IMG/VR virus record: IMGVR_UViG_3300028840_005860
Location: 62,001 to 126,000 of that record
Strand: one strand, 5' to 3'
Length of the DNA: 64,000 nt
A model generated the notes under the pieces. It made no database searches. It saw only the letters and a program-made list of their open reading frames with translations, and had not been told where the DNA came from. This document shows, in pieces, positions 10,178 to 20,200 of this stretch. Position 1 is the first letter of the stretch; every line of letters starts with the position of its first letter. The position numbers and the translations under genes are program-made.

Positions 10178-10447
10178 AACGAACGGAGGTCCTCCATGAT
10201 CAGAGGGCCCGATGTACTGTTCCACCGGAACCTGGCCGCCCCTCGTGAAGGGCCATGCACTGGTTCTGGCAACGCAGGTTCTCGATGAACCGTGCGCGGG
10301 TCTCCTCGGCGGTGGTCATGGTAAGGGTTGTACCCCGGAAAGGATGAAGGGCCATCCTCCGGGGTGAGTCGGAGGGGCCCTTCATGGCTGTCCGTGACCC
10401 GGCGGGCTCAGGACATCGAGAAACCCTACCGCCGAGTTCCAGCTCGG

Positions 10448-10768
10448 TCAAGGCTCGTCGCCGAGGAGGCCGTCGTTCAGGGAGGCCATCTGGAGGGCGA
10501 CGCGCAGCTGGCTGCCGCTCGGGAGTGCCGCCATCGCGTCGTCGACGGCGTGACGCACCGCGGCGACCCCGACCTGGAGGCTCTCCACCACGGCGTCGAA
10601 GTCGCCTTCCCTGTAGAACGCCTGGATGAGGGGGACGTCCTCGGGTTTGGGCTCCTCGACGGCCTCGAGCTCCGCCTGGATCTCGTTGTCCGTGAGGTTG
10701 GGGTAGAACGTCTCGAGTAGCTGGCGGACGCGCTCGACCCCGTACCTGTAGCTTCTCTCGGCCATCAC
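10448..10768 (-). CDS. hypothetical protein
   Basis: ORF track. Confidence 0.6.
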   Translation of the reverse strand: MMAERSYRYGVERVRQLLETFYPNLTDNEIQAELEAVEEPKPEDVPLIQAFYREGDFDAVVESLQVGVAAVRHAVDDAMAALPSGSQLRVALQMASLNDGLLGDEP

Positions 10769-10790
10769 CTACGTTCCGTTCATCGAAGCG

Positions 10791-11150
10791 CTAGCGGCCG
10801 TGTTCCTCTCCTTTCGACACGACGAACGCCCGACACGCGAGGTCCTCGCCGAGGACGACGAACTTGGTTTCGTCCACGAGGACGATCTTCGCGCCCCAGA
10901 GGTGGCCTTCCGGCATCCCCTCGAGCAGCTCGGGGAGGGCGGAGTACTCGAGCAGCCACTCCCAGATCTTCCTGCACGCGACGAGCCACCGCGGACGGGT
11001 CCCGTTGCTCTCGATCCACGCGAAGGCGTTGGCTAGCGTGGAGCCCGAGGGATCGCCCTCTTCGACCTGGTCCCTCCCGGTGAGCGGCCGATTCGCCGCC
11101 TCCAGCAACTCCTTCTCCGTGGGCTCCGAAACCTCGTTGGGTTCGCTCAT
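10791..11150 (-). CDS. hypothetical protein
   Basis: ORF track. Confidence 0.6.
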   Translation of the reverse strand: MSEPNEVSEPTEKELLEAANRPLTGRDQVEEGDPSGSTLANAFAWIESNGTRPRWLVACRKIWEWLLEYSALPELLEGMPEGHLWGAKIVLVDETKFVVLGEDLACRAFVVSKGEEHGR

Positions 11151-11284
11151 GGAGAGACCCTACCGCGTCCTTCCTTGCCTCCGAGCCTGGGTCCCGCTAG
11201 GATCAGGCTAGCGGCGATCTGTAGGCGGATCGAACGCTGAGGCGGTGGCCCCGCCGGTTCCTCACGGTAGCCGGCGGGGCCCTA

Positions 11285-11316
11285 TTTTCACGAACCCTCC
11301 TCGATGGGGTACAAGG
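11285..11316 (+). promoter_or_regulatory. sigma70-like promoter candidate (TTCACG-17-TACAAG)
   Basis: TTTTCACGAA motif with a 17-nt spacer to TACAAG, followed by an SD-like GGGAGG upstream of ORF 11330. Confidence 0.45.
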
Positions 11317-11329
11317 GAGGAGTTTCACG

Positions 11330-11518
11330 ATGGAGAAGCCGCCCCTCACCCAGGCCCCTCTTGGATGGCTCAGGGCCGTCACGAACGACTGCACGGACGA
11401 GCCCGACGAGCACGAGGTCGAGTTTCGGATCCGGTCCGCGGAGGACCGGGAGTGGTACAAGTTCATGTTCAACCTCGGAGAGATTCGCGCCGAGCTCGGC
11501 AGGCGCATGGCCAACTGA
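11330..11518 (+). CDS. hypothetical protein
   Basis: ORF track; SD-like sequence upstream. Confidence 0.6.
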   Translation: MEKPPLTQAPLGWLRAVTNDCTDEPDEHEVEFRIRSAEDREWYKFMFNLGEIRAELGRRMAN

Positions 11519-11534
11519 CTGAAGGGAGACGTCG

Positions 11535-11825
11535 ATGACGAAGCACACGCAGGTGGGGCCTCCGGCCATGGTCGGCAACTACAGGGTCCGCGTCGTGTCG
11601 GACTCGGAGAACCCAGACTTCCTGTCCAAGGCCACGTGGGAGAACCCGCTAGACCGCGCGGGCCCCGTGTCGATCCGCATGAGCGGCCCCCCGGACGTTC
11701 AGACGGTCATCGTGGGAAAGCGCGAGGTCCTGTTGGAGCACGAAGGGAAGACCCGGAGGATTCCGGTCGACGCGCTCGAGGCTGTACTCAAAGTGGCCGG
11801 GTGGAAGGCATGGTATCCGCGATGA
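11535..11825 (+). CDS. hypothetical protein
   Basis: ORF track. Confidence 0.6.
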   Translation: MTKHTQVGPPAMVGNYRVRVVSDSENPDFLSKATWENPLDRAGPVSIRMSGPPDVQTVIVGKREVLLEHEGKTRRIPVDALEAVLKVAGWKAWYPR

Positions 11826-12070
11826 AGGTCCTCGCGCATGCTCTCCGGTTCGTCCTCTTCGTGCTCGTCGCCTCCGGCGCGCTCTACTCGATCTGCCGGT
11901 TCGCCGAAGGGTTGACCCAGAGCGACCGGGAGCCCGGGCAGCAGGAGCCGTGTCGGGACACCTACTACGACGGCGACTACTATCGCGAGGTCACGTGCAA
12001 GCATTCAAAGCACCGGCTCGTCATCGAGGATTCCGTCGTGAGGTGCCTGTGCGAGAGAAACGACAGATGA
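11822..12070 (+). CDS. membrane-anchored Cys-containing protein
   Basis: MKVLAHALRFVLFVLVASGALYSIC...; ATGA overlap. Confidence 0.6.
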   Translation: MKVLAHALRFVLFVLVASGALYSICRFAEGLTQSDREPGQQEPCRDTYYDGDYYREVTCKHSKHRLVIEDSVVRCLCERNDR

Positions 12071-12369
12071 CCGACGACGGCCCGTGGCGCACGGTCCTGT
12101 CGACGCGACGTGCCGAGCTGCCGGGCGGCGTCGAGCTCGAGTACACCCTCGACGACGTCGACCAAGACCCGGACACTCCGAGGGGAGCGGCCCACGCGAA
12201 GGTGGTCATGGACGTCGGCCCGCATGAGATCGTGGTGACGCGCGACCTGGTGGCATTTAGGGACGCGTACTCGTGGGGGAAGAAGGTCGCGGTGATGGTG
12301 CGGCAGCTAGGGGCCGATCTGGAACGCCTGCGCTTCGACGAGGGAGAAGATTATGACGGAGACAGATGA
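12067..12369 (+). CDS. hypothetical protein
   Basis: MTDDGPWR...; ATGA overlap. Confidence 0.6.
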   Translation: MTDDGPWRTVLSTRRAELPGGVELEYTLDDVDQDPDTPRGAAHAKVVMDVGPHEIVVTRDLVAFRDAYSWGKKVAVMVRQLGADLERLRFDEGEDYDGDR

Positions 12370-12712
12370 TCGTGAGAAGGTGTGGGAGAAAATCGTCGAG
12401 CAGACGGCTCCCGAGATCGGCGACGCCGTCATGGGCTGCCCCGGCTGCGAGAAACTGGTCCGCGCCCTGAGGCGCGAGCGGGCTCGCGTGTCGGAGCTCG
12501 AGAGCGTGGGTCACCTGAGGGCGCCGTCGTGGGGAGACCTCAGAAGGGTCCGTCCTCGGGCCTGGGTCGGCGTGGCGCTGTTCCTCGGGTTGCTCTTCTT
12601 CTACCCTCTGATCCCCGGGTACGAGCCTTTCAGCCTGTGGGACCTCGCGGCGACTCCCGTCGCGGTCCTGTCGATCTGGCTGATGCTGCACAGCGGAAAG
12701 GGGAAACGATGA
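12353..12712 (+). CDS. hypothetical membrane protein
   Basis: Two C-terminal TM segments. Confidence 0.6.
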   Translation: MTETDDREKVWEKIVEQTAPEIGDAVMGCPGCEKLVRALRRERARVSELESVGHLRAPSWGDLRRVRPRAWVGVALFLGLLFFYPLIPGYEPFSLWDLAATPVAVLSIWLMLHSGKGKR

Positions 12713-13194
12713 CGGAGAGTTCGATCTCCATCTTGGAGGCGAGGTTGGAACGCTGCGAAGTGAAGGCTCGCGAGATGCTGCACCGGCTTGAAGAGGCCCT
12801 GGTCCGCTGCGGCTACCTCCGCGACGGGACGTACAGCAACAGGCGGGCAGACGGTCCACAACAGCCGTACTCCTGTACGATCCTCTGGCGCGACGGGAAG
12901 ATCGCGCTCGGTCGTGGACTCCAGAAGAAGTACACTGGCAAACTCGTGAGGGACTCAAGAGGGCGTCCAGTACCCGAGGCCCCGCTTCCCGTCGACGAGA
13001 TGACGAGTCGCGACCTCATTCGCGTCGCCCACAACCTCGCGCCGTTCTTCGACTCGCTTGAGAACGGAGTGAGGCACCAGATCAGGGAGCTCGAGAGGGC
13101 GGCCGAGATCGTGCGGGCGTTCCTCGAGCGCATCGAGGCCGACCCGCAGCCGTCCGACGAGCCCGCGCGGACGACGGAGGATCTCGGTGCCTAG
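12709..13194 (+). CDS. hypothetical protein
   Basis: MTESSISILEARLE...; ATGA overlap. Confidence 0.6.
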   Translation: MTESSISILEARLERCEVKAREMLHRLEEALVRCGYLRDGTYSNRRADGPQQPYSCTILWRDGKIALGRGLQKKYTGKLVRDSRGRPVPEAPLPVDEMTSRDLIRVAHNLAPFFDSLENGVRHQIRELERAAEIVRAFLERIEADPQPSDEPARTTEDLGA

Positions 13195-13372
13195 GGAGGG
13201 CATCGAGGTGGCACTCCTGGACCTGAAGGAGATTCGGCGTCGGGCGCAAGCGGCGCTGGACTGGGACGGCGGCTGTGCGCTTCCTCCCGACGTGCCCGCC
13301 GAGGTGATCCTCGCGCTCCTGGACGAGATCGAGCGACTGCGAGACGTCCTCCGAGACGTTCGTAACCCCTGA
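13187..13372 (+). CDS. hypothetical protein
   Basis: ORF track; VILALLDEIERLR is typical of small phage proteins. Confidence 0.55.
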   Translation: MPREGIEVALLDLKEIRRRAQAALDWDGGCALPPDVPAEVILALLDEIERLRDVLRDVRNP

Positions 13373-13398
13373 GGAACAGAAGAGCGAAGGAGAAGTTC

Positions 13399-13584
13399 AT
13401 GGACATCGCACTTGTGACGCTCTGCGTCACCATCATCGTGTTCTTGCTAGGCTTCGCCGCCGTCAAGATGCGCCTCGTCCTTCGCGGAGGGGCTGCGTCG
13501 CAGCTGATCCTGGTCGCGCTGCCGCTCGGCCTGTGCGTGCCTCTCGCGTGGTGGGCATGGCGGCTCCTCGGGGGTTCCTCGTGA
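13399..13584 (+). CDS. small 2-TM membrane protein
   Basis: Two hydrophobic helices. Confidence 0.55.
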   Translation: MDIALVTLCVTIIVFLLGFAAVKMRLVLRGGAASQLILVALPLGLCVPLAWWAWRLLGGSS

Positions 13585-13895
13585 AGCGTGACCCCCTCCC
13601 CCAGGATCTCGCGGACCGGTGGGCCCTTCCGTCGACGGACAGACACTTCACCAAGATGCTGTTCTGCGGCGCGGGTCCGCTGACCGTCGCCATGGTCGAG
13701 CACCTCCACGCGCGACTCGACGAGGCCCTCAGGCGCCTCAATGGTCGGCAGCAACCTCCGCACTGGCAGGTCCAACCCACGCAGGAGATGCTCGACGCCG
13801 AGGAGGCGAGCGTCCGCGAGGCCGACCTGGTGTGCGAGCAGGTCGCTAGGGACGTGGCGATGGCCCTGACAGGAAAGGACATCACGTTCTGGTAG
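13581..13895 (+). CDS. hypothetical protein
   Basis: GTGA overlap. Confidence 0.55.
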   Translation: MKRDPLPQDLADRWALPSTDRHFTKMLFCGAGPLTVAMVEHLHARLDEALRRLNGRQQPPHWQVQPTQEMLDAEEASVREADLVCEQVARDVAMALTGKDITFW

Positions 13896-14334
13896 GCCGG
13901 TCGCGGGAAGACGGGCCGTCTTTTCCACCGGCTCTCGGACGTGTTTCACGGACCCCGCGTGCTGACTTGGTCAGTCGCCTCCCTGCCCACGGAAGATGGC
14001 CGGTCGTTCCGGGATCTCCCCGGACACCATGCGCCCGAGCACGATCATGCTACCCTCGCGGGAGTACAAGGATGGTGAGGGGGTTCTTCTCGGCCTACGG
14101 CTGCTGCTTCCGATGCGGACAGGTGGTTTCCTGTCGGGCGAGGACGACCGAAGCCGCGGCCGGAGCAAGACCATACCGCCACAAGTGGTGGTACTACCCG
14201 GGTGGATGGTGCGACGGGCATCTTTATCCGGCCCTCCACTTCACCGAGTCGCCCGACCGCAAGACGGTCGCCCATCTCCTTGAGCTCGAGCAAGAGTGGG
14301 CGGACGAGGTCGCGAGGCGACGACGCGACGCCTG

Positions 14335-14742
14335 ATGCAGACGTTCCTGCCGTGCCCTGACTTCGCCGAGTCTGCCGGGATCCTCGATCATAGGCGCCTG
14401 GGGAAGCAGCGGCTCGAGGCGGCACAGATCCTCGCGACGCTGGGAAGCGGAGGCGCATGGAGGCACCATCCGGCTGTGCTCATGTGGGCGGCACACGAGC
14501 CTGCCCTGCGACATTACATGAATGCGATGATCTTCGAGTGGGTCGCCCGGGGCTTCCGCAATACGATGAAGATGGCCCGGACTGGCGGCCGCGCCAAGAT
14601 GCCGCCCTGGCTCGGGGATCACGCCCTTCACGCCTCGCACAGGTCGAACCTGCTGCGGAAGGATCCCGAATTCTACGGCCAGTACGGCTGGACCGAGGGA
14701 CCAGACCTGCCGTACGTGTGGCCCGTGCGTCGAGGGGCGTAA
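14335..14742 (+). CDS. MSMEG_6728-family / pyrimidine-dimer DNA glycosylase (endonuclease V-like)
   Basis: MQTFLP..DF..SA..LD.RRLGKQRLEA.QIL...HPAVLMW...PPWLG...HASHRSNLLRKDPEFY is the family signature. Confidence 0.85.
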   Translation: MQTFLPCPDFAESAGILDHRRLGKQRLEAAQILATLGSGGAWRHHPAVLMWAAHEPALRHYMNAMIFEWVARGFRNTMKMARTGGRAKMPPWLGDHALHASHRSNLLRKDPEFYGQYGWTEGPDLPYVWPVRRGA

Positions 14743-14995
14743 AACGAGGGAAAGACGGATCGGTACCCTTGGAATGGGGCGCTCTCGTCATCGGTACAGA
14801 AAAGGGAAATCATGCGTTTCGTCTGGGATACCCTCCTTTCGGCAGTGTGTCTGTTGGCCGCCCTGGCCCTCGTCACGTGGCTTTCGGGCCGTGACTACCT
14901 GACGTGGACCTGGTTCGGTGTCCTGTTGGGGATCCTGATGGTGTCCGACGCCTTCAAGATTCTCTGGCGCCGACGCAGAGGGAGGCGGTGAGAGC

Positions 14996-16078
14996 GTGAT
15001 TCTGTTCGGACTACTCGCGATGCCCTTCGTGGTGGGAGCAGCCGCGTACCTCATCACGAAGACGACGATCACGTGGAAGGAGTACCTCCTGATGACCGTG
15101 ATCTCGGCGGCCATGGCCCTCGGCGGCTATCAGCTCGCCAAGTGGGGCGCGATGCACGACTTCGAGAACTGGAACGGCCGCATCACGAAGAAGGACCACG
15201 GCACACAGGGATGCTGTCACTGCCGGGAGGTCTGCGACAGCCGGGACAAGGACGGCAACTGCACGTCGAGTCACACCGAGTGCGACCACATCATGGACTA
15301 CTGGTGGAGCGCGGACGTCAGCACGGGCGACACGCTGACCGACGGCTGCAACGGGTGGGACATCACGCCCGAGTGGTGGGAGAAGGCGTACGTGGGCGAA
15401 CCCGCGGCGGTCGAGCACGGCTATCAGAACTACCTCAGGGCGGATCCTGACAGCCTGATGACGCCCGCTGCCGAGCAGTACATGGACCAGGTGCCCGAGC
15501 GCCCGAAGGTGACCGGCTGGTACCACGTCAGGCGGGTGATCGCTCATCAGGGCTCTAGCGTGGGGATCCCGACGATCTGGCAGAAGGAGCTCGACGAGAT
15601 GAACGCGGACCTGGGGAGGAAGCACCAGGTCGATGTGCTCCTGCTCCTGACCGCGCTGAAGGACCCGAAGTTCGCGGAGGCAGTCAAGGCCAAGTGGCTG
15701 TACGGGGCGAAGAACGGCGTCACCGTGGTCCTCGGCGTGCCGGACGGCCAGACGATCGAGTGGGCTCGGGTGGTCACGCTTTCCGACGTGGAAACCCTCA
15801 AGATCGAGATCAGGGACGAATTGCCCGGCAAGCGGCTTGATGATCCCGCGATTCTCCCGTTCATCCGTAAGGAAATCGAGATGCAGTTCACGCGCACGCC
15901 GATGGCCGAGTACGAGTACCTGGCGTCGGCCGTGAAGCCGTCGTTCTGGGCGACCGTCGGGCTGTATCTCGGAAACCTCGTCGTCATCGTCGGCCTCGCC
16001 TTCTGGATGCACAGGGCGGACGTGTTCGGGGACGAGGCCTGGAGCTCGAGGCTCGGTTTTCGTCACCGTCGCTGGTGA
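14996..16078 (+). CDS. membrane protein with Cys-rich extracytoplasmic part and TPM-like domain
   Basis: N- and C-terminal TM helices; CCHC...C cluster; alpha/beta segment (DVLLLLT...KWLYGAKNGVTVVLGV). Confidence 0.7.
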   Translation: MILFGLLAMPFVVGAAAYLITKTTITWKEYLLMTVISAAMALGGYQLAKWGAMHDFENWNGRITKKDHGTQGCCHCREVCDSRDKDGNCTSSHTECDHIMDYWWSADVSTGDTLTDGCNGWDITPEWWEKAYVGEPAAVEHGYQNYLRADPDSLMTPAAEQYMDQVPERPKVTGWYHVRRVIAHQGSSVGIPTIWQKELDEMNADLGRKHQVDVLLLLTALKDPKFAEAVKAKWLYGAKNGVTVVLGVPDGQTIEWARVVTLSDVETLKIEIRDELPGKRLDDPAILPFIRKEIEMQFTRTPMAEYEYLASAVKPSFWATVGLYLGNLVVIVGLAFWMHRADVFGDEAWSSRLGFRHRRW

Positions 16079-16098
16079 CTCACACGGAGGAGACGACC

Positions 16099-16716
16099 AT
16101 GAAGAAACCCGGAATCATCGCGCTTGCAGGGTTTGTCCTGCTCGTGCTGTTCGTCGCCATGGCGGCGATGGACTTCTACAACGACGCCGTCAAGCTCGAG
16201 AACTCGACCAAGGCCCAGTGGGGCCAGAACCAGAACAACTACGACAAGTTCTGGAAGTCGATTTCCGAGATGGCGCAGATCCCCGACAAGTACAAGGAGG
16301 ACTTCAAGGACGTGCTCGTCGGGAACATGGAGGCCCGGTACGGCGAGGGCGGCTCGAAGGCGCAGTGGCAGTGGATCCAGGAGCACAGCGTCGACTTCGA
16401 CGCCTCCATGTACAAGAAGCTCATGACGGCGATCGAGGCCGGACGCGAGAGTTTCGAGTCCAACCAGACGCTCCTGCTCGACAAGCAGCGGCGCTACCGC
16501 GATCACATCGAGTCGGTCGGCGGCGCGTTCTGGCGCAACTTCATGGACTTTCCGCGGGAGGTCATGGGAGAGATGGCGCCGCCGAGGGACCTCGACGGGG
16601 ACGCCCTCCTGACGGTGCTCGACTACCCGATCGTCACGTCCAAGAAGACCAAGGCGGCGTTCGCCGAGGGCGAGGACGAGGCGCTCGACGTGTTCGGCAA
16701 GAAGCAGTCCGGCTGA
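16099..16716 (+). CDS. LemA-like membrane-anchored helical protein
   Basis: N-terminal TM, then YNDAVKLE...AQW.QNQNNYDK (LemA-like YN.LV.....V..AW pattern); GGAGG SD. Confidence 0.6.
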   Translation: MKKPGIIALAGFVLLVLFVAMAAMDFYNDAVKLENSTKAQWGQNQNNYDKFWKSISEMAQIPDKYKEDFKDVLVGNMEARYGEGGSKAQWQWIQEHSVDFDASMYKKLMTAIEAGRESFESNQTLLLDKQRRYRDHIESVGGAFWRNFMDFPREVMGEMAPPRDLDGDALLTVLDYPIVTSKKTKAAFAEGEDEALDVFGKKQSG

Positions 16717-16926
16717 CGCAGCACGTCGGTAGGGTTTCCCTGCTCGGCGCATGGTGTCCGGGGAGATCCCGGAACGGCCAGGGTCTACGTGGGCGGAGGG
16801 CCCGGACTCGATGAACGTCCTCAGCGGTCCATGAAACACGTCGAGACGCCGGTGGAGGGATGGCCCGTTTCTCGCGACCGGCCTTCGTGAAAAGTCGGCG
16901 CGTAGAAGGAACACGGAGGTCTTCGC

Positions 16927-17346
16927 ATGAGACGACGCAGGTTCCTGACCACCCTCGGACTCGGCACGGCGGCCACGGCCACCGGAGCCCTCAAGGCCAG
17001 TGCCGAAGAGGTGAAGCACGACATTCACTGGGCTCGAAGGATGACGGAGGAGGGCCATCGGGTGCGCCTCGTGTCCTGGCGCACGCCCATCGCGGACCGT
17101 CCCAAGCGGGACAATCCGCAGTGCCTGACGGTCCAGATGGGGGGGTTGCGAGGGGTCGAGTCGGTGGACGACCTCGCGCTCACGTCGGAGATGCTCGAAG
17201 GCCCGTGGGAGATCGTGACGCCCGAGGATCTGGTAGAGCCAGAATCCGCCGTCGTGGTCGGTCCGGTGCAGGGGGTACCGTCACGCTCACCGCCGGTTAC
17301 GGGGGGCCTCGGAAGGGCGTCCGTTTCGACTGAGGTGTGCCCGTGA
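16927..17346 (+). CDS. Tat signal-bearing hypothetical protein
   Basis: MRRRRFLTTLGLGTAATATGALKASA twin-arginine motif with an ASA cleavage site. Confidence 0.6.
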   Translation: MRRRRFLTTLGLGTAATATGALKASAEEVKHDIHWARRMTEEGHRVRLVSWRTPIADRPKRDNPQCLTVQMGGLRGVESVDDLALTSEMLEGPWEIVTPEDLVEPESAVVVGPVQGVPSRSPPVTGGLGRASVSTEVCP

Positions 17347-17807
17347 ACGAGTCGAAGATCCAGACGTACTTCCACGTCGCCGCCCTCGTCGTCATCGTGG
17401 TGACGGCGATGGGCGCCGGTTCTCTGACCCTGTGGGAGGCCCTCGCGGTGGCCACCGCGCTCCTGCTTCTCCCGTGGTTCGTGGGGCGGCTCCTTCTCCT
17501 CTTCCGCAAGCCTTCCCCCGAGCCGCTCGACGGCGGCGACGTGGTGCTCAGGCCCGGAAGACCGGGCCCCGGCGGAAAGCCCGGGCAGATCCGCTTCGAG
17601 CACTACGCGGCCGAGGACTATCCCTTCCTGTGCTTCAGGAACGTAGACTACGGTCTCGACCTTCAGATGTTCATGGGGACGGGTCCCCCGGACCCCGAGT
17701 CCCTGGCAGCGCCCGGATCAGTATACGTGCTGCTCGGCACCGAGCCCGCGCTCTACGTGAAGCAGAAGTCTATCGGCGGCTGGGTGCCGATGCTCGGCGT
17801 TCGCTAG
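17337..17807 (+). CDS. hypothetical membrane protein
   Basis: Two N-terminal TM segments. Confidence 0.6.
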   Translation: MPVNESKIQTYFHVAALVVIVVTAMGAGSLTLWEALAVATALLLLPWFVGRLLLLFRKPSPEPLDGGDVVLRPGRPGPGGKPGQIRFEHYAAEDYPFLCFRNVDYGLDLQMFMGTGPPDPESLAAPGSVYVLLGTEPALYVKQKSIGGWVPMLGVR

Positions 17808-18115
17808 CCCTCCTTCGGCGCCAGAGCCTGAAGTTTGATGTCTTTTCCGGGACTGAAGTCTCGGATGTTCACGTACTCGGGTTCCAGGCCGAGCATGTAG
17901 ATGATCTCGCGCGCCGTCCCCTCGGCGACGCCCCTCATGCCGTACGCGAGGGCATCCTCGTCGGCGCCCACGCGAGCCTGTTTTCGGAGCTCGATTCCCA
18001 TCCGCATGGCGGTCAGGATGCGGTCCTGGAGCCACGCCTCGTGGTCGCAGCCGACCTTCCTGCGCGGGGGTTCAACGCTGTCGAAGTCCATCCGTTCAGC
18101 CTTCTTGTCGCACAT
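17804..18115 (-). CDS. hypothetical protein
   Basis: MCDKKAER..., SD GGAGG upstream. Confidence 0.55.
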   Translation of the reverse strand: MCDKKAERMDFDSVEPPRRKVGCDHEAWLQDRILTAMRMGIELRKQARVGADEDALAYGMRGVAEGTAREIIYMLGLEPEYVNIRDFSPGKDIKLQALAPKEG

Positions 18116-18337
18116 GTTCGCCTCCTCATGCCCAGGAGAGGACCTTGAAAGCTCCCCCCGGGTGGTAGTCCGCGCACCAACCCTCGTCTCCGATCTCGAA
18201 CCACACGCCTCCTTCATGGCCCGGATAATCGTCGGGGAGGGACCGGTGCTTCAGCTCGTGCCGCCGCAACCACGCAAGGAGGGTCTCGCGGCGCCGCATC
18301 GCGGTCAGAAACTCATCGAGGTGATCGAGGTTCACGG

Positions 18338-18616
18338 TCACGTCTTCCCTCCCCGGATGACCTCGAACCGGCGCTGGCTCGGGAGCTCCTTGGCCGTGTA
18401 GGTGACGGACGCCCCCCACGTCTCCACGGTGAGCTTGATGCCGCCCCTGCCGACGACCTCGTCCATCTCGCCCGAGATCTTACCGTACGCCACGCCCGCG
18501 TTCAGGCCCGTCTCGAGTCCGTGCTGGACTCCCAGGAGAACGCCCTGGTAGAACATGACGAGGGGGATGACGAGGGCCGTGACGACGAGCACTGCGAGCC
18601 ATCCGACGGTGGTCAT
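18338..18616 (-). CDS. membrane-anchored hypothetical protein
   Basis: ORF track; N-terminal TM. Confidence 0.55.
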   Translation of the reverse strand: MTTVGWLAVLVVTALVIPLVMFYQGVLLGVQHGLETGLNAGVAYGKISGEMDEVVGRGGIKLTVETWGASVTYTAKELPSQRRFEVIRGGKT

Positions 18617-18825
18617 GGGGGATCATACCGGCACAAGGATTGTCTACCGGGGCCCTTGGGGTAGACAACCCTTGTGCACCCCCGTAAGGAGAACACGGAA
18701 CGGGCCGACGTCCCGGAACCCCGCCGAACCGAGGCTCCGCGGGGCCTACGCGAGCTCCGAGCCGCCGGCCCTCACGACTCTACCGGCCGCGCGCTTCGTG
18801 AAAATCCGGGGTACAAGGAGTGCCG

Positions 18826-19116
18826 ATGATCATGGTGGACGAACTCAAAGACTACCTGCCTGCGCCCGGCAGGATGTCCGGGCGCTGGTGTCACCTGACC
18901 ACCGACGGCAATCTCGAGGACCTCCACGAGTTCGCTCAGGGCATCGGCCTGAAGCGCGAGTGGTTCCAGGACCATCCCCGCGTTCCGCATTACGACCTTC
19001 GCCCGAGCAAACGGGCCAGGGCGCTGGAGGCCGGCGCCGTGTTCGTGTCGGCGCGGGAGCAGGCGCTTCGTCGTCGGGCTCGGCGCGTCGAGGAGGGAGA
19101 TGGTCATGACGCCTGA
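18826..19116 (+). CDS. DUF4031 family protein
   Basis: WCHL..D...E.LHEFA..IGLKREWFQ....PHYDL...KRARAL.AGA signature. Confidence 0.85.
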   Translation: MIMVDELKDYLPAPGRMSGRWCHLTTDGNLEDLHEFAQGIGLKREWFQDHPRVPHYDLRPSKRARALEAGAVFVSAREQALRRRARRVEEGDGHDA

Positions 19117-19561
19117 CGAGGAGCGCCGACGGACTATCTTGTGCGACATGGTCCACGGCACGATGAAAGCCGCCTACCACAAGGCCGAGAAGGCCGGAAT
19201 GCCGGACGACGTATGGCAGGCATGCCTGGAGGGCGCGATGCTGGCCATGCGAATCGAGGCCGACTACCAGGTCGACCGGAGGGATCGCCCGAGGCTGCGA
19301 CTTGGCCAACTCGTCGACATGCCGGACGGCTCGTGGAGGGTGCGGCGGTTCTGCGACGAGCCGAACACGGGCCTCGTCGAGATGGAACCCGTCGAGCCCC
19401 TCCGCGGCGTGAACGTCGTGGCCCCCATCGAGTGGGTGCTGCCGTTCTGCCGCGCCCGTCCCGTCGGCGCCCTCGCGGACAGAATCGCGCGCGGCATCGA
19501 TGACGTCGTCCGAGCGTCGCTCGGAGAGGCCCGGGACGCGGACCATCCTGGGAGTGGATGA
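19106..19561 (+). CDS. hypothetical protein
   Basis: ORF track. Confidence 0.6.
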   Translation: MTPDEERRRTILCDMVHGTMKAAYHKAEKAGMPDDVWQACLEGAMLAMRIEADYQVDRRDRPRLRLGQLVDMPDGSWRVRRFCDEPNTGLVEMEPVEPLRGVNVVAPIEWVLPFCRARPVGALADRIARGIDDVVRASLGEARDADHPGSG

Positions 19562-19592
19562 ATTGTAAGATTGCCGGAAGGAAGACGAAGTC

Positions 19593-19961
19593 GTGCCTAG
19601 CAGCGACCGTGACACTCTGGAGAAGGCGCGCCACCACCTCGCGTGCCTCGTTTGGTTCGAGAAGCCTCCTGAACGTTGGCACGAGCCCGTACAGAGCGTG
19701 ATCGACCTGATCGATGCCCACCTGAAGAAGTCCGATGCCCCACCGTCGGCCCGCGAGAGGAAGGCGCTTTCCTGGCGCAGCGTCTTCTGGATCTTCTTCT
19801 ACGGGTGGATCGCCGCCGGCTACACCTACCTCGCGAATGTCGAGGGGATGACGGGCGTCTTCGAGGCCGTCGGCTTCACGGCCGTCGTCGCGGTCGTCGT
19901 GGCCGTGCTGTACGCGCTGATCACCGTCGTCTGGAACGTGGTGGAAAAGGAGCAGCGATGA
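19593..19961 (+). CDS. hypothetical membrane protein
   Basis: Two TM segments. Confidence 0.55.
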   Translation: MPSSDRDTLEKARHHLACLVWFEKPPERWHEPVQSVIDLIDAHLKKSDAPPSARERKALSWRSVFWIFFYGWIAAGYTYLANVEGMTGVFEAVGFTAVVAVVVAVLYALITVVWNVVEKEQR

Positions 19962-20197
19962 GAGGTCACTTCCGATACGTCGTGTCCGAGATCCGGTGTC
20001 TGTCTAGGAAGGACGCCGACGCCGACGTGCTGACGATCTGGAGCCGAGGAGAGTTCGCTGGACACCTTCGGTTACGGAAAGGAGATGGCGACGCGGTCCT
20101 GGAGTACCTGCTCGGGCTCGGCGTGGGCGACCACGAGGGAACATCCAGCGGGCTTCAGTCCGAGTGGGCGTGGTCGCCCGGAGATCTGAGGGACTAG
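19958..20197 (+). CDS. hypothetical protein
   Basis: ATGA overlap. Confidence 0.5.
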   Translation: MRGHFRYVVSEIRCLSRKDADADVLTIWSRGEFAGHLRLRKGDGDAVLEYLLGLGVGDHEGTSSGLQSEWAWSPGDLRD

Positions 20198-20200
20198 GGC

